Below, piece after piece: positions 7,960 to 17,991 of a stretch of 64,000 nt of DNA. Position 1 is the first letter of the stretch. Each line of letters opens with the position of its first letter. The position numbers were made by a program, and so were the translations under genes. The notes beneath the pieces were generated by a model. The model did not search any database. It was not told the origin of the DNA and saw only the letters and a program-made list of their open reading frames with translations. The DNA lies in the IMG/VR virus record IMGVR_UViG_3300034284_002793, positions 1 through 64,000 of that record; one strand, given 5' to 3'. This DNA is from an uncultured virus (IMG/VR IMGVR_UViG_3300034284_002793) (taxonomy: Duplodnaviria; Heunggongvirae; Uroviricota; Caudoviricetes).

Positions 7960-7996
7960 TTAAAAATATCCCCCACGCGCGAACGCATGAGGGATT
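7960..7996 (-). terminator. intrinsic terminator
   Basis: GC-rich hairpin ATCCC..GGGAT followed by U-rich tract on the minus strand. Confidence 0.6.
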
Positions 7997-8017
7997 ATAT
8001 ATTTTATTTATTATTTA

Positions 8018-8176
8018 TTAAAATAAAGCCATTATGGTTTTTTTGGCCCAACGAAATAATCCGAAAAAAATCTTACCGATTTCCTTCAAATCTTCCCGCT
8101 GTATTGTTCCTGCATAGCCAATTGATCCATAAGGACCAAAAATGATCCCTAACTGGTGAGTTTGATAACGTTCCAT
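8018..8176 (-). CDS. 52-aa peptide with strong Shine-Dalgarno (not in ORF track)
   Basis: AAAGGAGGT 10 nt before ATG; MERYQTHQLGIIFGPYGSIGYAGTIQREDLKEIGKIFFGLFRWAKKTIMALF. Confidence 0.65.
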   Translation of the reverse strand: MERYQTHQLGIIFGPYGSIGYAGTIQREDLKEIGKIFFGLFRWAKKTIMALF

Positions 8177-8245
8177 TAAGATTAGCACCTCCTTTCATAT
8201 ACTGTATATTACAGCAATTTAGGTGCCAATCAAGTTACAATTTTG

Positions 8246-8941
8246 TTATAAATAGGCTGCTTGGAAGTGCATCCAGTCATAATTACGCCTTCTACCCAAG
8301 CTTGTCCAGCCCTCAGCTTCTACAATTTTCCAGAATGGTTCATATTCTTTCTTGCTAAATGTAGCTTTGGGACTGCTCCATTTTAATTGATTATTGTCGG
8401 GATCAAGGTCAATTGCAGCGCCCCAACTGTGTATTGACCAAGCTGATCCGCCGCGCATTTTACGAACATTCAAGCATCCGCCAAACATATTTAATCTTAA
8501 TTTCTCAATATCTTTTTCGCCATATGTTTTTAATGTATTATCAAAAATAATACCAAGCGATTGTGCAACTTTTTGATTGCATGTAATTCTTGATAGTGTG
8601 GTTGATGGCGCCCATGCTAGTTTTATTTTATATGGCAACTCTAGCTTGATTTGATTTTCGCCAACCGAACCATAAAAATCAACCATACTATTGTAGTCTT
8701 GTTTTGGCCAGCGTTGTGATAGTGGTGTATTTTTTGAAACGTTTGTTACAAATTTCCAAGTCTTGGGACCAACAACACCATCTGCCTTTAATCCGTTTTT
8801 AAGCTGAAATTTTAAAGTTTCACGCTCTGTTGCTGGGCCAAAAGCACCATCAACATATGGAATTTTATAACCAGTGCTTTGTAGAAACAATTGCCATTGT
8901 TTTACTTCTTCTCCAAAACTACCTTTTTTCAAAGCTTCCAT
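8246..8941 (-). CDS. endolysin: peptidoglycan-binding domain plus M15-family peptidase
   Basis: LKKGS.G..VK..Q..L / DG.FG..T / ADGVVGPKTW; SIHSWGAAIDLD and DWMHFQ Zn ligands. Confidence 0.9.
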   Translation of the reverse strand: MEALKKGSFGEEVKQWQLFLQSTGYKIPYVDGAFGPATERETLKFQLKNGLKADGVVGPKTWKFVTNVSKNTPLSQRWPKQDYNSMVDFYGSVGENQIKLELPYKIKLAWAPSTTLSRITCNQKVAQSLGIIFDNTLKTYGEKDIEKLRLNMFGGCLNVRKMRGGSAWSIHSWGAAIDLDPDNNQLKWSSPKATFSKKEYEPFWKIVEAEGWTSLGRRRNYDWMHFQAAYL

Positions 8942-9420
8942 TACTGTTTGCCCTCCTGATCAAATACCCATTCTATGGGAGCATAGGATGGATCGTCTTT
9001 GTATTTTTCTGCATAAACAATTGTTTGCTCTTCTATAATTTTTTCTTCCCTTTGTTCGGATGTTAATAGGGAATCTAAATTAACACTTGATGAGCTGCCA
9101 TACTTGAGATCAATCGCGGCTTGTACCCCAATGTAAGAAGCTACAATGATTGCTACAATTTCAATGGTCTTTGTAAAAATAGTAACATAACCAGCAATAA
9201 GTTCATTTCTGCTTGGTAATAAAAATAATATACCAACAGATGTCAGATAAAAAAACAATAAACCAACAAAAGAAGAAAATGCTAAGAAAAATTTTTTAGA
9301 CTTGAAGTGATTTTCTTTTCGTAGTGAGCTTTGTAACTCGATTGGGGTTCCTGGCGGAACGCGATTCGATGTTAAAAAAGAAGCTGCACTGCTTGCGATA
9401 TTTTTTAAGTTACCCCACAT
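8941..9420 (-). CDS. holin-like membrane protein
   Basis: Two TM segments, adjacent to endolysin; likely start MWGNL. Confidence 0.6.
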   Translation of the reverse strand: MWGNLKNIASSAASFLTSNRVPPGTPIELQSSLRKENHFKSKKFFLAFSSFVGLLFFYLTSVGILFLLPSRNELIAGYVTIFTKTIEIVAIIVASYIGVQAAIDLKYGSSSSVNLDSLLTSEQREEKIIEEQTIVYAEKYKDDPSYAPIEWVFDQEGKQ

Positions 9421-9421
9421 A

Positions 9422-9940
9422 TTATAAAAATACCCAAACAAGTGTTGCGAATAATCCAGCACCGCCAATTGGAACTAGTAAGCTGTATGGTGGAGGAACA
9501 AAGCTCATAATTTGCAAGCCCAAAAGTACGCCGACTGCGCCAGCTATAATTGCAGCAATCCATTTAAGACGGTGATAGCGCTTGATTGCATTAGTGTATT
9601 TTTCAAGCCATTTTTGCGCTTCGGCTTGCTGAACAACGCCCCACTCTTTTAATGCGTCAATATCTTTTTTAAGTTTATCAATTTGTAAAAAGCTGTCTTT
9701 TAAATTACCGTTTGCTTTACTTAAGTTATCTTTAAGTTTTGCATTTTCCGACTTGGCAACTCTTAATTCCGATTGCAATTCTTTAACAATTTGTTTTGCA
9801 TCTTGAACTGGAGTTTTAGACTTTTGCACAACTGCGACTGGTGTTGGCTGTGCTTTTGGCTTTGGCTTGAACCAATTGAATTGGCTGTAGCCAGTGCTTG
9901 TTAGGATTAATAATAAAACTATTGGTACTAATTTTTTCAT
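9422..9940 (-). CDS. coiled-coil membrane protein, spanin candidate
   Basis: Signal/anchor, long coiled coil, two C-terminal TMs, in lysis cassette. Confidence 0.55.
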   Translation of the reverse strand: MKKLVPIVLLLILTSTGYSQFNWFKPKPKAQPTPVAVVQKSKTPVQDAKQIVKELQSELRVAKSENAKLKDNLSKANGNLKDSFLQIDKLKKDIDALKEWGVVQQAEAQKWLEKYTNAIKRYHRLKWIAAIIAGAVGVLLGLQIMSFVPPPYSLLVPIGGAGLFATLVWVFL

Positions 9941-10212
9941 TTGATTGGTTCCTTTACTATTTTGGAGCTGGACTGTTCCTCGATTTGCTCAAGAAGCTTT
10001 TCAAGCCGCTCGGCCAATGTTAGTGCTGTTTCTACCTTGTCGCCAACAATTGTGTTGGATTCTCCAGCTTTGGCAAGATCTTCTTGTGTTTTTTCCAAGG
10101 ATTGTATAACTTCGCCTGTATTGGCAATTGGCGGAGCTGCCTTTTTGTGATCTGGATTCAAGCATACGCATCCAGTTAAAAATGGAATAATAATTAATAA
10201 AAAATACCTCAT
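9937..10212 (-). CDS. lipoprotein, o-spanin candidate
   Basis: FLTG-C lipobox, coiled coil, first gene of the lysis cassette. Confidence 0.6.
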   Translation of the reverse strand: MRYFLLIIIPFLTGCVCLNPDHKKAAPPIANTGEVIQSLEKTQEDLAKAGESNTIVGDKVETALTLAERLEKLLEQIEEQSSSKIVKEPIK

Positions 10213-10254
10213 ACTATTCTTTACACCAAATATTATTGGGTTAGAATTAAATAA

Positions 10255-10686
10255 TTAATTGGCAGAAAGTGTTTGCGCTGCTTCTCCGCTAGTTTCAGCA
10301 TAAGTAAATGGTGCGGATGGAAAGCTACTAGATGATTGTGCAAACATCATAGCCTCTAACCATTGTTTGGACGCTTCCATTTTTGGACCAAGTGTTTTTC
10401 CTTGAGATAGGATAGCCTGTTCAAGGCGCATTAGTGCTATGACTTCGAGATTTGTGAAGTATTTGCCGACCCACTCCTCTGCCGTGTAGGTTGGAAGGGT
10501 TAGGTTTTCAACCAGCCACCCGCCATTGCCCCAAACTAAAAATTGCGTTTCTGGATTATACTCTGGCTCTGGCGGTGTTAGTTGCCAATTATTGGCTTTT
10601 GGATTGCCATTATTAATCCAACCATCCATAGTTTCGTCACTAATGTCGCGCCTTTCAAAGGTTAATGTGTTGTAATAATTTTTCAT
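10255..10686 (-). CDS. tail-fibre-associated/assembly protein
   Basis: P.PEYNPETQ..VW....W motif, last gene of the fibre cluster. Confidence 0.55.
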   Translation of the reverse strand: MKNYYNTLTFERRDISDETMDGWINNGNPKANNWQLTPPEPEYNPETQFLVWGNGGWLVENLTLPTYTAEEWVGKYFTNLEVIALMRLEQAILSQGKTLGPKMEASKQWLEAMMFAQSSSSFPSAPFTYAETSGEAAQTLSAN

Positions 10687-10690
10687 AATT

Positions 10691-11341
10691 TTATGCGTAA
10701 ACTCTTGGATGTGCGGTAACTGTTGGACCATTATTCGCTGTGAGGATTAGGCCACCTTTAGTGTCTATCAAATCTCTAACTAAAGGCGCATAAAATACTA
10801 AATTTTGAGGTCTAATTTTATTACAAGTAACGCCCTTAGCTAATGAGATAATTTCTGACTGGGTAAGCGCTACGTTCCACGCGCCAACCTCTGCAATAAT
10901 ACCCTCTAACCATCCAGCTGTTGCAGTGTTTGTAAAATTGGCTCCAATATTTATATTAGTAATATTTAGAGCTCCGGCAACCGTTGTATTCGTTGATGTT
11001 GTTGTTCCATTTAAATAAATTGAACGAGAGGATGTGGAATTAAATACAGCTGCTCCATGATAAAAATTATTAGCTATTACAGAGCCAGGAGGAGTATCTG
11101 CGGTACCGAGCCCAGCAGTGCTGTTATGTAATGCGCGTAAAAAGGTACTGTTAGCTGGCACAACCATTCGGTATGAGTTGGAGGTAGAGCCGAAACTAAA
11201 GTTATTTAGTTGAACAATTACTTGTAAGGCAGATCTTGGAACTGTTGTTAATCTAAACCAAGCAGCTAGAGTTAAGGGAAGATTTGTTACTGGAGCAATG
11301 GCTGATATGCTTTGAGTAGTTCCGTTAAAATTATAAGCCAT
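10691..11341 (-). CDS. LamG/concanavalin-A-like domain virion protein
   Basis: TLAAWF..FYHGAAVF..IYLNG..G.IAEV..WN.AL...EI..L. Confidence 0.8.
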   Translation of the reverse strand: MAYNFNGTTQSISAIAPVTNLPLTLAAWFRLTTVPRSALQVIVQLNNFSFGSTSNSYRMVVPANSTFLRALHNSTAGLGTADTPPGSVIANNFYHGAAVFNSTSSRSIYLNGTTTSTNTTVAGALNITNINIGANFTNTATAGWLEGIIAEVGAWNVALTQSEIISLAKGVTCNKIRPQNLVFYAPLVRDLIDTKGGLILTANNGPTVTAHPRVYA

Positions 11342-11342
11342 A

Positions 11343-12422
11343 TTATACCGCCCTCACTTCAATAAAATTTATCTCAGCATCTCCAAGCATCGTATCATTC
11401 ACAGTGTCCGCACTATTTCTAAAAACAAGCATTCGGTAAAAACTGCCAGTGGTCAGCCCGTTAATACCAGTGCATGTTATTTGGGTTACTGTTGGAACGC
11501 CATTTGTGGCATTTGCCACACCGCTACCAAAACCAGCAACGTCAAAACTATCAATGTCTAAATCTGTATTTAGATTCATAAATCGTGCGCCCCAAACACA
11601 ACTTCCGCTAGTTCCTGATACTGCAGACCAATTAATCCTAACATTTAATCCATTTGAAATATTTGCCGTATCTGGTATTGATCCAACAAAAGTTCCGGAC
11701 TCTGTGAGCGTATCATCAAAATCTAAAACTAAAATTGAATTGCGCGTATCGAATTGTGCGAAACCTGTAGATGGCGGTTGATTTTGAGATGGTGTAAATT
11801 TATCAATTATTTTTGATATATCTTGTTTGTATGCAACGTTGCCAGTTTGATTAAAAGTTATCTTGCCATTGCCAATAGCAGCGCCATTTAAAAACTCTAA
11901 AGAGTATACATTTCCAGCATCACCTCTTAAAATAAAAGCTGCGTCATCAAGCTCTGGGGATTCAGATGCTTCTTGTGGTGGAATTGCAAACCTAATTTTG
12001 TTTATGCCATTATTAATAGTTAAAAATGGATTATCGTACGTGTTGGTCGTGCCAGTATTATAAATACTTATATTTCCATTAAGTATTGATAATGGTCCAT
12101 TATAACTTGGCTGGCCACCACCATACTGAAAACTGCCGTCATTCATTTTTGCTGCTATAACCTCATCATTATCAGTAATAAGGCCAAGCTCGCCACTGAT
12201 ACTGTCATCTGATATTGAAACAGTACCGTTAAGACCCATACCAAAATGGGATAATTGGCTATAAAAAGTTTTAATTCCACTAATTGTTTGATCACCAGTT
12301 GTAAAAACAACATTCTCTACAGATCCGCCAGCAGCCTCGCCCTGTAATAGAACGCCAGTACCATTAACCGTTGGTCGATTTTGTACTTCTAAATATCCAA
12401 TCTGTAAACGCTCATTAATCAT
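11343..12422 (-). CDS. tail fibre-like protein
   Basis: RPTVNGTGVLL.GE and TTGDQTISGIKTF modules shared with neighbours. Confidence 0.75.
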   Translation of the reverse strand: MINERLQIGYLEVQNRPTVNGTGVLLQGEAAGGSVENVVFTTGDQTISGIKTFYSQLSHFGMGLNGTVSISDDSISGELGLITDNDEVIAAKMNDGSFQYGGGQPSYNGPLSILNGNISIYNTGTTNTYDNPFLTINNGINKIRFAIPPQEASESPELDDAAFILRGDAGNVYSLEFLNGAAIGNGKITFNQTGNVAYKQDISKIIDKFTPSQNQPPSTGFAQFDTRNSILVLDFDDTLTESGTFVGSIPDTANISNGLNVRINWSAVSGTSGSCVWGARFMNLNTDLDIDSFDVAGFGSGVANATNGVPTVTQITCTGINGLTTGSFYRMLVFRNSADTVNDTMLGDAEINFIEVRAV

Positions 12423-12537
12423 ATTTTATTATTTAATATACCAACAAGGACTGGCCTTTGTGGCAGTCCACATGAAATCATTTTTGCATGAAATCACGTA
12501 GGCATAGCTATGAACTAGCCCTTGTTGATATACTATT

Positions 12538-14592
12538 TTACCAATGTTTAAATTCTGATCCATTTGGTCCCTTATCTATTAATATTACACGTTCTTTTTG
12601 TACAAAATTATAATTTGCCCCACTTAATGTAAATATTGGAGTATTGTTATTTATATCCAGACCGCTAATTACGCATGGGTTGTTATCGGCTTCAAAATCA
12701 AAACGTAAATTCATACAAGTTCCTTGGACAAATGGAAAGCTATTTGGCCTACTAAATAATATATATCTTATTCCTCCGCCATTTGGCACACTAATATCAT
12801 AAAATGTTTCTAATCTGCGCGTTTTGGGCCTGATAATTGGACAATTTGTTGTATCGTATCCTGCTGATAAAACAAATCTTTCATAGCCATTTCCAACTGT
12901 AGAATTATAACGTACTTTTCTTATTGCCTTTCCTGAATAATTGCTATCATCTGGAAATTTTATAAGATTGCGATTTGATGGACCGCCATTGTAATCAACA
13001 ATAACCCCAGGGTTTACTTTTAATGTTTTAGAATAGGGGTTAACATTGCCTATTCCTTCTGATAGGGGTTCTTCAAAATATAAATTAACAAGATCACCAT
13101 TCTCCATTCCTGATTTATGAATTTGACTTGTTAAAATATTTTCTTGTTGAAGATATTGATCTGTCTTATTAGTTTGTATATAATATTTATGCAAACCATT
13201 ATTTATAATAAACCCGCTAGGGTTATCTTTCGTATAAAAGTTAGAAGTGTTTATTCCTGTTATAAAGCCGCTTGGATTGTTTCTTGGATATAGATTCGAT
13301 AAATCAACTCCTGTAATAAATCCGCTAGAATTAATGTTGTTAATTTGTTGTTGTAAATTAGATCCAGTAGATGCTAGATTTAAAATTGTAGCATATTTAT
13401 TATTTACAAATCCGCTATAATTTATTATGTCTTGAACGGCGGCAATGTCATTTAATACAGAGAGATCATCACTTCTTCTAGCTATGCCAAATTTAAATTT
13501 ATTACTATGATCAAAGCCAATGATTGGCCCATAATCATTTGCGCCAGTTAAGCCACTTCCAGTAACGAAGAATATGCCGCCATCTGTAGAGCCGCCTGTT
13601 AAATTTAATAAAATATAAGAGCTTTCTATAAAATTATTTTGTACATTGGCAATAAACTCTGTTCCAGTAACATACAAATCATGAATATAAACACTATTTC
13701 TAAATGTTTTTGTTCCATCAATAGTTTGATTGCCATAAACTAGTACAGAAACTCCACTTAAATTATTAATTTTAGAATCTAAATTTAGCCCAGTTAAGGC
13801 AAGATTAGAAATGCTGGCATAGTTACCTGTTAATGTTCCGCTAAGATTATTGATTTGTGCGGTTAGAGTAGATCCTGTCGCTGCTAGATTAGCGGTTGTG
13901 GCATATGAGCTTAAATTAACTCCTGTTATAAATCCACTTGGGTTGCTGCGCGGATATAGATGTGATAAATCTACGCCTGTAATAAAGCCACTACCATATA
14001 AATTATTAATTTGTTGCTGTAGATTAGACCCTGTTTGTGATAACTGAAGATCGCTGGCATAATTTAAATCAAGATTGTTTATTTGATTCTGTAAATTTTG
14101 CCCAGTACTTTGCAAATTTGCAACTGTTGCGTATGGAGATAAATTTACCCCTGTTATAAATCCACTTGGATTTGTATTCGGATAAAAATTGGAATTGCTA
14201 TATCCACTTAAATTATTAATTTGATTCTGTAGATTTAAGCCAGTGGATTGAAGATTGGTAATGGTGGAAAATGTACTATTGCTATATCCGCTTAAACTAT
14301 TTATTGCAGAATTTAAATTACTACCAGTTTGCGCCAGTAATCCGCTGAGTATATTTATTTCTGTTTGAGACGCATATCCAGTACCTAATTGATCTATTTG
14401 GTATTGTAAATGACCGCTGGCTCCCAATATGCTTAAATTTTCGACATTAGAAAGGCCAACATCTGATTTGTCTAATGTTACAAAGCCTATTCTTCCATTA
14501 ACGGCCTGAACTGGCGCATAATCTTGCTGCACCTCAATATATACCGCTTCTCCGGTAATGGGCTGAACTGTAACTAAAACTTCTTTTGCCAT
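12538..14592 (-). CDS. tail fibre protein with NPSGFITG repeats
   Basis: VNGR.G.VTL.K.DVGL.NVEN, repeated NPSGFITG and TG.NLQ.QINNL. Confidence 0.8.
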   Translation of the reverse strand: MAKEVLVTVQPITGEAVYIEVQQDYAPVQAVNGRIGFVTLDKSDVGLSNVENLSILGASGHLQYQIDQLGTGYASQTEINILSGLLAQTGSNLNSAINSLSGYSNSTFSTITNLQSTGLNLQNQINNLSGYSNSNFYPNTNPSGFITGVNLSPYATVANLQSTGQNLQNQINNLDLNYASDLQLSQTGSNLQQQINNLYGSGFITGVDLSHLYPRSNPSGFITGVNLSSYATTANLAATGSTLTAQINNLSGTLTGNYASISNLALTGLNLDSKINNLSGVSVLVYGNQTIDGTKTFRNSVYIHDLYVTGTEFIANVQNNFIESSYILLNLTGGSTDGGIFFVTGSGLTGANDYGPIIGFDHSNKFKFGIARRSDDLSVLNDIAAVQDIINYSGFVNNKYATILNLASTGSNLQQQINNINSSGFITGVDLSNLYPRNNPSGFITGINTSNFYTKDNPSGFIINNGLHKYYIQTNKTDQYLQQENILTSQIHKSGMENGDLVNLYFEEPLSEGIGNVNPYSKTLKVNPGVIVDYNGGPSNRNLIKFPDDSNYSGKAIRKVRYNSTVGNGYERFVLSAGYDTTNCPIIRPKTRRLETFYDISVPNGGGIRYILFSRPNSFPFVQGTCMNLRFDFEADNNPCVISGLDINNNTPIFTLSGANYNFVQKERVILIDKGPNGSEFKHW

Positions 14593-14657
14593 GACTTTAT
14601 TATTACATTACACCTCTAGTGCAATATATTTTTTAATTAATTAATCGATTAAAATAA

Positions 14658-14831
14658 TTAATTAAATATACCATTTTTTCCACTCGCAAAGCAATCTTCT
14701 ATGGTATCAAGCCCACTGCCCGCGCTATTAAAGCCTGTTATAAAAATAAATATATTATCAATTGGATCTGAATTATTAATTTCATTAATTCCAGAAATAA
14801 AAATATCTGTGCTATCTGCAAGTATGCACAT
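14658..14831 (-). CDS. 57-aa hypothetical protein (not in ORF track)
   Basis: Open frame MCILADSTDIFISG... filling the intergenic gap. Confidence 0.5.
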   Translation of the reverse strand: MCILADSTDIFISGINEINNSDPIDNIFIFITGFNSAGSGLDTIEDCFASGKNGIFN

Positions 14832-14835
14832 TTGA

Positions 14836-14994
14836 TTATTCTTGTATTTTTTTTATAATTTCTTCTACATCTTCTATTTCTTTGATACAAGATTCATATA
14901 ATGCTATATCGCCATTTGTAAATGCAGCATTTTTTTTATCATTTAAATTGCGCAATTTATTCTGTAAAAGGGTTTTTAATTCTTGAATATTCAT
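14836..14994 (-). CDS. 52-aa helical protein (not in ORF track)
   Basis: MNIQELKTLLQNKL..., starts 1 nt after the upstream stop. Confidence 0.65.
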   Translation of the reverse strand: MNIQELKTLLQNKLRNLNDKKNAAFTNGDIALYESCIKEIEDVEEIIKKIQE

Positions 14995-14995
14995 C

Positions 14996-17464
14996 TTAAG
15001 TATAAATTAATGTTCTCATTGATTGACTTGTGCTTGGAAGCATAAAATATAAAAATATCAAATCATCACTTATTTTATACATTGGAAATGTCTTTATTCT
15101 TGAGAAATTGTTATTGTTTGATGTGTATGGAAAAAACGCGCATGTTTCTACTTTAAAATTATTTAAATCTATATAACCACATTGCTGACTGTTTCCTCCA
15201 TATGTAAAATATAAACGATCTTTAAAATCATATGTTGTTTGTGCTCCCAAAGAAAATGGATTGTTTTGGCCTTGATTTTCTATATTTGGTAGAAATGCCT
15301 CCCACTGTTCTGTAGTTACATTATATCTTAAAAATGTAAATTTAAAAGCAGCCGTACCGACAGCTCCAGCATTATAATATACGTATTTGCCGCGATTTTG
15401 CGTGCTATTTTCTACGCAGTTAAGCATTATATTGCTACCACCCAAGGCTTGACGACTATTGCCAAGAATCGCGTAAACGCTAGTAGTATCCAATGAAGTG
15501 GTTGTGGCTGCGGTAGTTAATGCTGTAGCAGTGTTAGACGTAATTGTAGTCTCAGTAAAAGAAGAGGTACCAGCTAAAATTGCTACTCTTTTACCAGCAT
15601 GAATATTTGTAGTCCAGTTTTTTGTAGAGTCTGTTATAACGCCAGCTGCACTTGAAGCCGTACAAGTTCCATATCCATCTTTATCTGCTGTTGTGCCATC
15701 TGTTACATCCACACCAGCTGGTCTTAAATTAACTATATAGTATCTAGCTCCAGCACTAGGGGCGCTGGCCATAGCATTGACTGTTAAGCTATTAGATGTG
15801 TTTGATGTTATTTTTCTTACAATGCTGGTAGGAGTCGCTGTATTTTGTACAGCAGATTGAACTAGTAGTAATCCATATCCAGACCATTGATTCGTTGCCC
15901 AATTTTTAGAAAGATCAAATACTTGTGTGGCTGAAAATACATTTGATGCAGCTGCGGCTACTGTTCCAGTAAGCGCGGCAGTTAAAGTAGTTACAGATGC
16001 TGCACCAGTAAATGTGAATGATTGATTAAAAGAACTATCCGTGCATCCCGTTATAGCTCCAATATCACCAGTTGAAAGCAAATGATCACGAACAGTTGTA
16101 AATGTTCCTACGCCACCAGCTCTCGTAATTGTAGAAATTGGTATTGGTTCAAATCCAGAAACATTTGCTCCTGTTGGAGTTAAAAGAATATTGTTTAAAT
16201 ATCCTTTATCGTACCAGTAATTATTCGGCATCCAAACATCTTCATCTTCATTATAAATGAACCATTTTTGAGATGTGCTGGTTTGTGTATAAAGTTTTGT
16301 ATTGTCTTGACCAATATGGTATTGGCTAGAAGAATCTGGCTCGGTATCAAATGGTCTGTGCAGTGTGATTTTAGTATCTGTATTTTCAGAAATTACTCTA
16401 TATTGCCCAGCGCCAACGCCACTAGTAATAGAAAGTAACATATTTCTATAGTCACCAGTAGTCCAATTCGCGCCAGTATCATTAATTTCTGTTGTTGTTG
16501 CGCTGGTTACAGTCCCACTTGTGAATCCGGACGCCATATTGGAAAAAGAATCAATCGTCAAATCGCTTGGACTTGATGGCGTCATATTGTTAACTGTTTT
16601 ATTATACCAAACATTTGAACCTAAATCATATTTTACCAAATTCCATGGCGCATTTTGAACTGATGCATAAAAAATACATTCTGTGTCTAAAATTTCAAAA
16701 AAAGATGTTTTGTCTGGTACTATATCCCAAGGCGAATCTATAGTAGCTTCAGAATATTGAATTCCTATTATTGATTGAGAACCAGCTGTTGTACTTATAG
16801 CGACTGGAAGATATTGCCCCCAATCTTGGCGAACACCAACTAAGTTAACTTGGGTCAATGCTATAGCGCTTGGACCATTTGATAAAATTTTTCTAATACT
16901 GTTTGTACCAGCGCCAATTAAGATTTTCATTTCGTATCCCATCCATCTATTTGTAGGCCAAGATTTTGTAGAATCTGTAATAGATTGTGCTACTGCCCAA
17001 GTTGTACCAACAGTTGACGAAGTTGGTACTAATTTTTCTTCTGTAACTGGCGCTGAAATACTAGTTATTGTTCTAATTTGATTTTTACCTTTGCCTTTAT
17101 AAATTCTGATTTTTTTACCAACAAATTCAGGCTTAGAATCAACAAAAGCTGCGCTTACTTTATTTGATGAAGCAGTAATTACTTGACCTTTATACCCATC
17201 ATTTGAATAAACTAAATTTACTGCAGTATTAGTGGTAGTGTAAGGCGGAAGTCCAATTTGTGTAGTCAAAACAGAATCTGAAATTAAATCATTTCTATAT
17301 ATTCCGTTTCCAGCACCATTGTTATAATAATAATATCTATCTTTTAAATCTTTTCTGAAACAAATAGATCCATTAGCAGCATTTGCGCCAATTATATAAG
17401 AACTTTTTAAAAATTCATATGTTGGCTGATCTAAAACAGGAACTAATTTATTTTGAATACCCAT
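14996..17464 (-). CDS. large beta-rich virion protein with repeated D..K.W..N.W modules
   Basis: Four repeats DSTKSWPTNRW/DTGANWTTGDY/DLSKNWATNQW/DSTKNWTTNIH. Confidence 0.7.
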   Translation of the reverse strand: MGIQNKLVPVLDQPTYEFLKSSYIIGANAANGSICFRKDLKDRYYYYNNGAGNGIYRNDLISDSVLTTQIGLPPYTTTNTAVNLVYSNDGYKGQVITASSNKVSAAFVDSKPEFVGKKIRIYKGKGKNQIRTITSISAPVTEEKLVPTSSTVGTTWAVAQSITDSTKSWPTNRWMGYEMKILIGAGTNSIRKILSNGPSAIALTQVNLVGVRQDWGQYLPVAISTTAGSQSIIGIQYSEATIDSPWDIVPDKTSFFEILDTECIFYASVQNAPWNLVKYDLGSNVWYNKTVNNMTPSSPSDLTIDSFSNMASGFTSGTVTSATTTEINDTGANWTTGDYRNMLLSITSGVGAGQYRVISENTDTKITLHRPFDTEPDSSSQYHIGQDNTKLYTQTSTSQKWFIYNEDEDVWMPNNYWYDKGYLNNILLTPTGANVSGFEPIPISTITRAGGVGTFTTVRDHLLSTGDIGAITGCTDSSFNQSFTFTGAASVTTLTAALTGTVAAAASNVFSATQVFDLSKNWATNQWSGYGLLLVQSAVQNTATPTSIVRKITSNTSNSLTVNAMASAPSAGARYYIVNLRPAGVDVTDGTTADKDGYGTCTASSAAGVITDSTKNWTTNIHAGKRVAILAGTSSFTETTITSNTATALTTAATTTSLDTTSVYAILGNSRQALGGSNIMLNCVENSTQNRGKYVYYNAGAVGTAAFKFTFLRYNVTTEQWEAFLPNIENQGQNNPFSLGAQTTYDFKDRLYFTYGGNSQQCGYIDLNNFKVETCAFFPYTSNNNNFSRIKTFPMYKISDDLIFLYFMLPSTSQSMRTLIYT

Positions 17465-17467
17465 ATT

Positions 17468-17989
17468 TTATGTATTTATTATATTTGCACGAGTGCCATT
17501 TGCAAATGTTCTTCTTGTTTCGTTTATTAATTGTTCGTTTACTCCAAAAGTACCAATAGTATTAATATTCACATTTTGGTTTCCTGGTAAATTTCCAGCA
17601 ATACTGTCTATAACTACGCGCTGCCTGCTCGCTGTGTCAATTATGCCTAAACTTTGAGACATTAATAGTAATTTTCTAAGGATAGCCGAATTATCGTTTA
17701 TAGAATTTAATAAATCTTGAAGGGTTTGGTCTTTTGCAGAAATATACCCATCCTCTATAAAAATTTGCAAACTATCACTGTTAGACATGCCGCTTGTGTC
17801 AAAGCCCAGATTCAATACATTTCCAGATACTGTCCCGCCTCTTGTTGAATCGGCAAAATTATAAATAATAATATTATTAGTAACATTTGTTACTAAAAGT
17901 ATCGATTCAAGATTTACAGAGGCATAGTCTGTAAGAGTAATTTCTCCAGAAGCTGCATTAAATGTATAATTTTCTACAAGAATTTTCAT
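17468..17989 (-). CDS. putative tail/baseplate structural protein
   Basis: YTF....I..ILL.TNVT.N.IIYNF..L..DT..M...D.LQIF motif. Confidence 0.65.
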   Translation of the reverse strand: MKILVENYTFNAASGEITLTDYASVNLESILLVTNVTNNIIIYNFADSTRGGTVSGNVLNLGFDTSGMSNSDSLQIFIEDGYISAKDQTLQDLLNSINDNSAILRKLLLMSQSLGIIDTASRQRVVIDSIAGNLPGNQNVNINTIGTFGVNEQLINETRRTFANGTRANIINT

Positions 17990-17991
17990 AT

